From: Leptospiraceae bacterium | GTDB lineage: Bacteria > Spirochaetota > Leptospiria > Leptospirales > Leptonemataceae | Direction of reading: 5' to 3' | Assembly: GCA_040217195.1 (NCBI GenBank) | Contig: JAVJNR010000008.1 | Location: forward strand, 224,001-288,000 | Length of the DNA stretch: 64,000 nucleotides | Shown: positions 58,572 through 64,000 of the stretch, one piece after another | Layout of the letters: every line of letters begins with the position of its first letter | Numbering within the stretch: position 1 is the stretch's first letter | The notes under the pieces: model-generated | Told to the model about the DNA's origin: nothing | Databases searched by the model: none | Seen by the model: the letters and a program-made list of their open reading frames with translations, nothing else | Translations under genes and position numbers: made by a program

Positions 58572-59834
58572 CTATTTGGATTCGACGACCAGATACTTCT
58601 TTTTCCCGATTTTAAACTGATAGTTTCCCGGAAAGCGAAGCATGAATTGCTTGTCCTTTACCGGTTCCAGGTTTTCGCCCATACGAATCGCTCCGGATTC
58701 AATGAGCCTTTTAACCGCGCTGGCACTTTTTTCCAGGCCTGCATCTACAATTGCCTGAGTAAGTAGTAGCTCGCTGGTTTCTACTTTTAAGACTGGAGTG
58801 TTCGGCGGCAGAACCATCTTGTCTCTGCCGTCCTTTCCTTTTTCCAGATCCCAGGCGTCTCTGGCCAGGGTGCCCTGACTCTTACCAGAATCTGCATCCG
58901 CTTCTGGATGAAGAAAATCCACGAGATGCGCTGCCAGTTTCTTTTTTGCATCCAGGGGAGTTCGTTTCAGCTCTTCTATTTCATCAAATGGAATGGAAGT
59001 TAACAGGGTGTAATAGTCCCACATTAGATCATCGGAAACACTCATCGCTTTTGCGAAGATCTTAAATGGCTCTTCGTCGATTCCAATGTAATTATCGTAG
59101 GATTTGGACATCTTTTTCTGACCGTCCAGGCCTACGAGCAGAGGCAATGTCATAATGACCTGTTGTTCCTGTCCGTACTGATTCTGCAGTTCCCGACCCA
59201 CCAGGAGGTTAAACTTCTGATCGGTGCCGCCCAGTTCCACGTCAGACTCCAGAACTACGGAGTCATAGCCCTGAAACAGAGGATAAATGAATTCGATGAT
59301 GCTTATGCTTTCTCCTGCCTTCATCCTCTTATGGAAGTCATCCCGTTCTATCATTCTGGCCACAGTGTAGCGAGCCGTCAGTCCCAGGACTTCATCCACC
59401 TTCATGCTCATACACCATTCAGAGTTGAAAACTATGCGTGTCCTGTCTCGGTCCAGAATCTTGAATACCTGCTCTTCGTAGGTTTTCGCATTGGCCTTAA
59501 CTTCTTCAGTGGTGAGCCTTTTTCTTGTGGCGGAGCGCCCGGTTGGATCGCCGATGGTGGCTGTGAAGTCACCGATGAGAAAAATGACTTCATGACCCAG
59601 GTCCTGAAACTGGCGAAGCTTGCGAAGAAGCACGGTATGGCCCAGATGCAAATCCGGAGCCGTGGGATCGAACCCCGCTTTGATTTTCAGAGGCTTTCCG
59701 GACTTCAGGGATTTCTCAATCTTTTCAAGAAGAGGTTCTTCTGGCAGTATCTCTTCCACCCCTCGTTTGAGAATTTCCAGTTGTTGCAGAGTTTCTTTAC
59801 TGTACTCGGCTGCTTTCTTCTGACCTTCGCTCAT
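58572..59834 (-). CDS. tyrS: tyrosine--tRNA ligase
   Basis: [32 protein letters not shown] and C-terminal S4-like domain. Confidence 0.98.
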   Translation of the reverse strand: MSEGQKKAAEYSKETLQQLEILKRGVEEILPEEPLLEKIEKSLKSGKPLKIKAGFDPTAPDLHLGHTVLLRKLRQFQDLGHEVIFLIGDFTATIGDPTGRSATRKRLTTEEVKANAKTYEEQVFKILDRDRTRIVFNSEWCMSMKVDEVLGLTARYTVARMIERDDFHKRMKAGESISIIEFIYPLFQGYDSVVLESDVELGGTDQKFNLLVGRELQNQYGQEQQVIMTLPLLVGLDGQKKMSKSYDNYIGIDEEPFKIFAKAMSVSDDLMWDYYTLLTSIPFDEIEELKRTPLDAKKKLAAHLVDFLHPEADADSGKSQGTLARDAWDLEKGKDGRDKMVLPPNTPVLKVETSELLLTQAIVDAGLEKSASAVKRLIESGAIRMGENLEPVKDKQFMLRFPGNYQFKIGKKKYLVVESK

Positions 59835-59927
59835 CGAAGCGAGATTTGCAATGCGGGGTGCCTGGCCAACCGCTTTTTTGAAGGAGCTGGCAGAAGACCT
59901 GGATTGCCTGCAGTTTCAGTAGACCAG

Positions 59928-60554
59928 CTACTTCAAATCTTGCTCTTCCAGCCAGGGAGAATAGAGCCTGACATGAATATCCAGAGCAGAAAGCACCCTG
60001 CCTGCAATGAATCGCCCCAGATCATCGAGAGTTCGGGGCTTCTGGTAGAACCCGGGGCTTGCGGGCAATACCATGGCTCCGGCCTCTGTAAGAGACGTCA
60101 TATTGCGCAAATGAATCAGGCTGTAGGGGGCCTCTCTCGGAACAAGGATTAGCTTTCTTCGCTCCTTCAATGTTACGTCAGCGGCACGTTCAATCAGATT
60201 TTGTGTAATTCCATGATTGATAGAAGCCAGGGTTTTCATGCTGCAGGGAACAACAGCCATTCCATCATGATGATTGGAGCCGGAGGCAGCTCTTGCGCCA
60301 ATATCACGATAATCCTCGATGGAAAATGAATGCCGGATTTGAGTATCTTCCGGACAGGATTCCTGAATCCAATTTAGATATTCATTCGGGTCTTGAAACG
60401 ATGTGCCCATTTCTTCATTGCAGACTCGCAGGCCCGCCGGACTCATGATTAGCTGACTCTTACCCGGGACATGCTCCATCAGGGCAAGTACCAGATGCCT
60501 GGCGTATAGAGCTCCACTGGCTCCTGTAATTGCGATAATTAGATTCTTGTTCAT
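59928..60554 (-). CDS. ubiX: flavin prenyltransferase UbiX
   Basis: ITGASGA, ASGS, PCSMKTLA, RAADVTLKERR and PASPGFY. Confidence 0.95.
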   Translation of the reverse strand: MNKNLIIAITGASGALYARHLVLALMEHVPGKSQLIMSPAGLRVCNEEMGTSFQDPNEYLNWIQESCPEDTQIRHSFSIEDYRDIGARAASGSNHHDGMAVVPCSMKTLASINHGITQNLIERAADVTLKERRKLILVPREAPYSLIHLRNMTSLTEAGAMVLPASPGFYQKPRTLDDLGRFIAGRVLSALDIHVRLYSPWLEEQDLK

Positions 60555-60568
60555 AAGCGGGATGGAAA

Positions 60569-61216
60569 CTAGTTCAAGCTTTCTCCCTGCTGAATGTTTG
60601 GTCCCGGGCTTGCACGAATCAGTAAATTTTTTCGGCGTAGCATGTTCAATGTTCGTTCCATCCGTTCCCTCAATGTGGGAATCTCCAGAAAGGTCTGCCT
60701 CTGTGGTAAAGGTAATCCACTATTTTGAATGGCCAGATGACAGATTAGTTGCGGCTCTCTGGGCAATTCCACTCTGGTTTTTACCTGAAGCAGGGATAGA
60801 TAATCGGCCATTTCCTGGTGAATTTCCCGGGCCAGCTCCGGATGCCGCTGACCGTCTTCAGCTGAATCCTCATCCTGCCATGGCGATAGATGGGCTTTGA
60901 TAAATGGGTCCTGCGATGAAATTCCTTCCCAGCGAAGACGATGGGTACCGCTCACGATCAAGTTCATTCTTCCATCGGGCATCCGCTCCACAGAATCCAT
61001 TTGAACCAGAGTACCGACTCTGGCCGTTTTTGCCAGGCCTCCCAGGGCTTCCTGTCCTTCCACTATGGAAAAAATAGAGAGCGGCAATCCAGCGAGCACC
61101 TCTTCCATCATGGTTCTGTACCTTTGCTCAAATATATGTAACGGAAGGGGCATACCGGGAAAGAGCACGGTGCCCAGAGGAAAGACGGCTACTGTATTGT
61201 TGTCAGAGGAATCCAT
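60569..61216 (-). CDS. stand-alone LON peptidase substrate-binding (N) domain protein
   Basis: VFPLGTVLFPG.PLPLHIFEQRYR.M, VGT and DGRMNLIVSG..R; no ATPase or protease domain. Confidence 0.88.
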   Translation of the reverse strand: MDSSDNNTVAVFPLGTVLFPGMPLPLHIFEQRYRTMMEEVLAGLPLSIFSIVEGQEALGGLAKTARVGTLVQMDSVERMPDGRMNLIVSGTHRLRWEGISSQDPFIKAHLSPWQDEDSAEDGQRHPELAREIHQEMADYLSLLQVKTRVELPREPQLICHLAIQNSGLPLPQRQTFLEIPTLRERMERTLNMLRRKNLLIRASPGPNIQQGESLN

Positions 61217-62100
61217 CGGTCCGCCATTAGAATAACAAAGAGCAGGGAACTGACCCATGCATTTACATTAAAAAAGGCCACCGGGATGTTCTCCTCCCGA
61301 CCATCTCGCACCAGATAATGCTCATAAAAAAATAATGCAGCAACCAGAACCACTCCGGCAAAGAAGATCATACCATTGCTAGCTTCGAGTCCGGCCCGTG
61401 CAAAACAGGCCAGAGCAAGCACATGGCTTAACCTGGCCATCCAGAGTGCACTGGAAACACCCAGAGTTCCTGGAAGAGAATGCAAACCCCGGGATCGATC
61501 AAAGTCTGCATCCTGGCAGGAGTAGATGATGTCGAATCCAGCAATGTAGAGAGCCAGACCCAGCGACCAGTACACTGCAATCCAGTCCAGGGTGCCCGAG
61601 AAGGCAATCCAAACCGCAGAAGGAACCAGGCCGATGGCCAATCCCAGAAAATAGTGGCACAGGAATGTGAATCGCTTGGTCAATGAATAGCCCATTACAA
61701 ATAGGATAGCGGCAAAGGACAAAAGTCCAACCAGAGCCCCCATTGTGAATGCTGACAGGATGAATATGGCCATTCCAATGACTGTGAAGGCTATCGCCGA
61801 TTTAAGAGAAATGGTTCCGGAAGGAATCTCTCGGGACGCTGTCCTGGGATTGGCAGCATCATAATGTCGATCCACAATTCGATTGAAACCCATGGCTGCA
61901 CTTCGAAGACTCACCATACAAACCAGACAGGCAATGATTCGATGGACAATCTCAGCAGTTCCAGGTAACTGGAAGCCATCCCAGTGTAAAACTTCCACGA
62001 TTCCAATGCCTGCAAACGGCAAAGCGAATATGGAATGCGAGAATTTGATCATAACCAGATAACTTCTGGCGGTCTGAAGTAGATTAGAGGCAGGAGCCAT
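61189..62100 (-). CDS. UbiA-family prenyltransferase (MqnP-like, futalosine menaquinone pathway; start uncertain)
   Basis: MIKFSHSIFALPF, RSAAMGFNRIVDR..DA.NPRT..R.IPSG, YSLTKRFT and GFDIIYSCQD..FD. Confidence 0.9.
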   Translation of the reverse strand: MAPASNLLQTARSYLVMIKFSHSIFALPFAGIGIVEVLHWDGFQLPGTAEIVHRIIACLVCMVSLRSAAMGFNRIVDRHYDAANPRTASREIPSGTISLKSAIAFTVIGMAIFILSAFTMGALVGLLSFAAILFVMGYSLTKRFTFLCHYFLGLAIGLVPSAVWIAFSGTLDWIAVYWSLGLALYIAGFDIIYSCQDADFDRSRGLHSLPGTLGVSSALWMARLSHVLALACFARAGLEASNGMIFFAGVVLVAALFFYEHYLVRDGREENIPVAFFNVNAWVSSLLFVILMADRWIPLTTIQ

Positions 62101-62863
62101 GAGAAACAGAGCTGTCATTGAACCCAGAGCATCAATTCAAATTCCCGGAAGGATAAAAAAAGCCTCCCTGGTTTTACTGAGTCTATTTTGCTTTTCCTGC
62201 TTTGAGTATGAAGAAAATCTATATCTGGCACCCAATTATAGCGGCTATGTGGACTACAGCTACAAAGTACCTCTGCAGGCTGAAACCGGAAGGTCTTTGC
62301 TGGCATTCTTGCCCGCTACAGAAGAAACGGTTCGGCAGAGATTTGGTATTTCTCCAGAAAGCGAATTGATTCTGGAGGACTTCCAGAGTCGCGAAAGCTA
62401 CGAGCCCGATGATCGATTCCCTCGGCAGAGAAAGGTACAGTACCGGATTAGATTTAAACGACCGGAATCCCTGGAAAAGCTATTACTGGGACAAACCCGG
62501 GTCTACTACCTGGATCAAAGGCTGGTCATTCAGAGGGCTTTTCCCACCAGCGGAGGGCTAAAAGATGATTCCGGACGAATCGCTCAGAATTTTCACAAAT
62601 ATTTGGAGGACTCTTTGAAGCAAAGATCTCTAAAACTGTCGATTACAGCTCCCTGGTATTATAACGTATATGCAAATGCAGGCGCTACAGCCGGTCCAGG
62701 TAGAATCTATTTCAATGTTCCTCTGGAAGGTACGATCAATCGAAAGAATCCCAGCCTCTGGAGACTGGAGATTAAAGCAAATCCAATGCCTGAAGATGCT
62801 CCCGAAAACGGCCAAGGGCCTGCCATTCAGGCTTACCCAGACGATAATGCAGAAGATCAGTGA
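62099..62863 (+). CDS. hypothetical lipoprotein
   Basis: Lipobox-like LFCFSC followed by FEYEE.L....YSG.V; 254-aa ORF whose 3' end overlaps mqnA. Confidence 0.6.
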   Translation: MRNRAVIEPRASIQIPGRIKKASLVLLSLFCFSCFEYEENLYLAPNYSGYVDYSYKVPLQAETGRSLLAFLPATEETVRQRFGISPESELILEDFQSRESYEPDDRFPRQRKVQYRIRFKRPESLEKLLLGQTRVYYLDQRLVIQRAFPTSGGLKDDSGRIAQNFHKYLEDSLKQRSLKLSITAPWYYNVYANAGATAGPGRIYFNVPLEGTINRKNPSLWRLEIKANPMPEDAPENGQGPAIQAYPDDNAEDQ

Positions 62864-63542
62864 TATATTCTTTAGCGAACGGAAACTCGGATTCTTCGGC
62901 TATTTCCAAAAGATGATTTAATCCGGCATCCAGAGAATCCTGAAACAGTCTATGTTCCACTGGATGCTGTGCCGGATAGGCCCAGAGAGCAAATACGAAA
63001 GGTAAGGATTCTCTCTCCTTCCACCATTGTCCCAGATCCTTGATAAAGAAACGTTGAGCATCTGGTCTTTGAGTAAACCTCAGTGCTGCATCGCCGATGA
63101 GCAGCCCACCTGTGTTGTCCTGGTTCAGGACCGCTTCTGCCAACTGCTCAGGTTCTCTGGATTCAATGCCGGGAAGATTACCGGTGGTACCATGATAGAG
63201 CACCTGCAGTAGCGCAACGGAACTGCGAGAGCCACTATCTGTGAGAATCCTTTTAGGGGGCGACGCTAGAAGATCCAGGGCCTCTCTACCGTTGCGCGCT
63301 TCAAAGTATAGGATGCTTCTCAACGCTCCATCGCAGCAAACGCCCACTGAATCACAGTAGCCAAATCGATGCTCATTTCGTAGGCATTCCACAGAGCTAA
63401 TTAGAGCTGCATCCAGTTCGCCATTCCCAAGCATCGCATAGAGTCGGGCCGGAGTGTCTTCAACCAGATCGTGGTTACCATCCTGCCTGAAACCAAAGTC
63501 CAGAGGATGCGCATTCAGATGCTTCACCAGTCCAAGTCTCAC
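62772..63542 (-). CDS. mqnA: chorismate dehydratase MqnA (futalosine pathway)
   Basis: RLGLVKHLNAHPL, DAALISSVE, SRSSVALL, LLIGDAAL and DLGQWW...LPFVFALW. Confidence 0.9.
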   Translation of the reverse strand: MRLGLVKHLNAHPLDFGFRQDGNHDLVEDTPARLYAMLGNGELDAALISSVECLRNEHRFGYCDSVGVCCDGALRSILYFEARNGREALDLLASPPKRILTDSGSRSSVALLQVLYHGTTGNLPGIESREPEQLAEAVLNQDNTGGLLIGDAALRFTQRPDAQRFFIKDLGQWWKERESLPFVFALWAYPAQHPVEHRLFQDSLDAGLNHLLEIAEESEFPFAKEYITDLLHYRLGKPEWQALGRFREHLQALDLL

Positions 63543-63647
63543 TTTGGCCAGGATCGCCAGATGGAATTCGCTGAAAACACAGAATCAAAGATTTGGAAAA
63601 AAAACCGCTTCCTAATACAGAGCCTCTGGCGGCTACAGTAGTGTACA

Positions 63648-64000
63648 ATGCAGCGCTATGAATATCCGCTCAAGGCTCAGGACCTTGGCTTTGAAGCAGA
63701 ACTGTATTTGCCGGATGGAACTCAGCTTTCAGAGTCAGGGACTGAATTGAAATGCTACAGCTCTCTGGAGAATGGCCTGGCATTGATGCGAATCAATAGT
63801 TCCGATGAAGGACTATTTGCATTTCTGGGTTTGATGCAGGAATTGCCCGGAGGTCAAAGAGATGATACCCTGGCTGAATCACTACTGAGCTGTCTGAATG
63901 ATGACAGTGGAGCATCCGTGGCCAGGTTAAATCGAACCATCTGCGAAAAACACCAGTCCCTTAAATGCCTGATGCTTGAAGTCAAACCTGCAGATCAAGA
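63648..64000 (+). CDS. 5' part of a hypothetical protein running off the right edge
   Basis: ATG at 63648 opens a frame (MQRYEYPLKAQDLG...) with no stop before the window end. Confidence 0.55.
   Translation, partial: MQRYEYPLKAQDLGFEAELYLPDGTQLSESGTELKCYSSLENGLALMRINSSDEGLFAFLGLMQELPGGQRDDTLAESLLSCLNDDSGASVARLNRTICEKHQSLKCLMLEVKPADQ

Noticed and set aside
59163..60152. 329-aa plus-strand ORF
   Set aside because: Mostly antisense to tyrS and ubiX, with no motifs; a shadow ORF
1..64000. CRISPR arrays, tRNA/rRNA genes, transposases, integrases, prophage
   Set aside because: No regularly spaced repeats, RNA-gene signatures or mobile-element proteins seen by eye

Overview
A gene-dense bacterial chromosomal segment, most likely from a spirochete of the family Leptospiraceae. 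The basis is the dapA-dapB-cdaA-cdaR-acpS synteny, a LipL21-like lipoprotein, TRL-like lipoproteins, futalosine-pathway genes, and a SecA with a basic tail instead of a zinc finger. Most of it is housekeeping: leuCD, folD, rlmB-like/cysS/slt, bactofilin-pdxA, ppx, an ABC-2 exporter, mutY, secA, prfC, gatCA, tyrS and ubiX/ubiA/mqnA. I saw no rRNA, tRNA, CRISPR array or mobile element. Three accessory islands stand out. (1) At 4.5-8.5 kb are surface genes: a beta-barrel, three TRL-like lipoproteins and two paralogous Cys-rich lipoproteins. (2) At 8.7-14.5 kb is a ThDP enzyme/SDR operon with a well-formed sigma54 -24/-12 promoter and a divergent enhancer-binding protein. (3) At 46.9-56.2 kb, between prfC and gatC, is the best candidate for an undescribed system. 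It holds a cysteine-hydrolase/kinase/phosphatase triple fusion with an apparently rearranged catalytic triad, coupled to a complementary-degenerate ArsA/Get3 ATPase pair, plus an AAA+ ATPase and a KimA-like transporter. Two small genes carrying flagellar FliF C-terminal motifs bracket this block, one apparently a natural FliF(C)-FliG(N) fusion. All family calls come from motif recognition by eye; no database searches were run.
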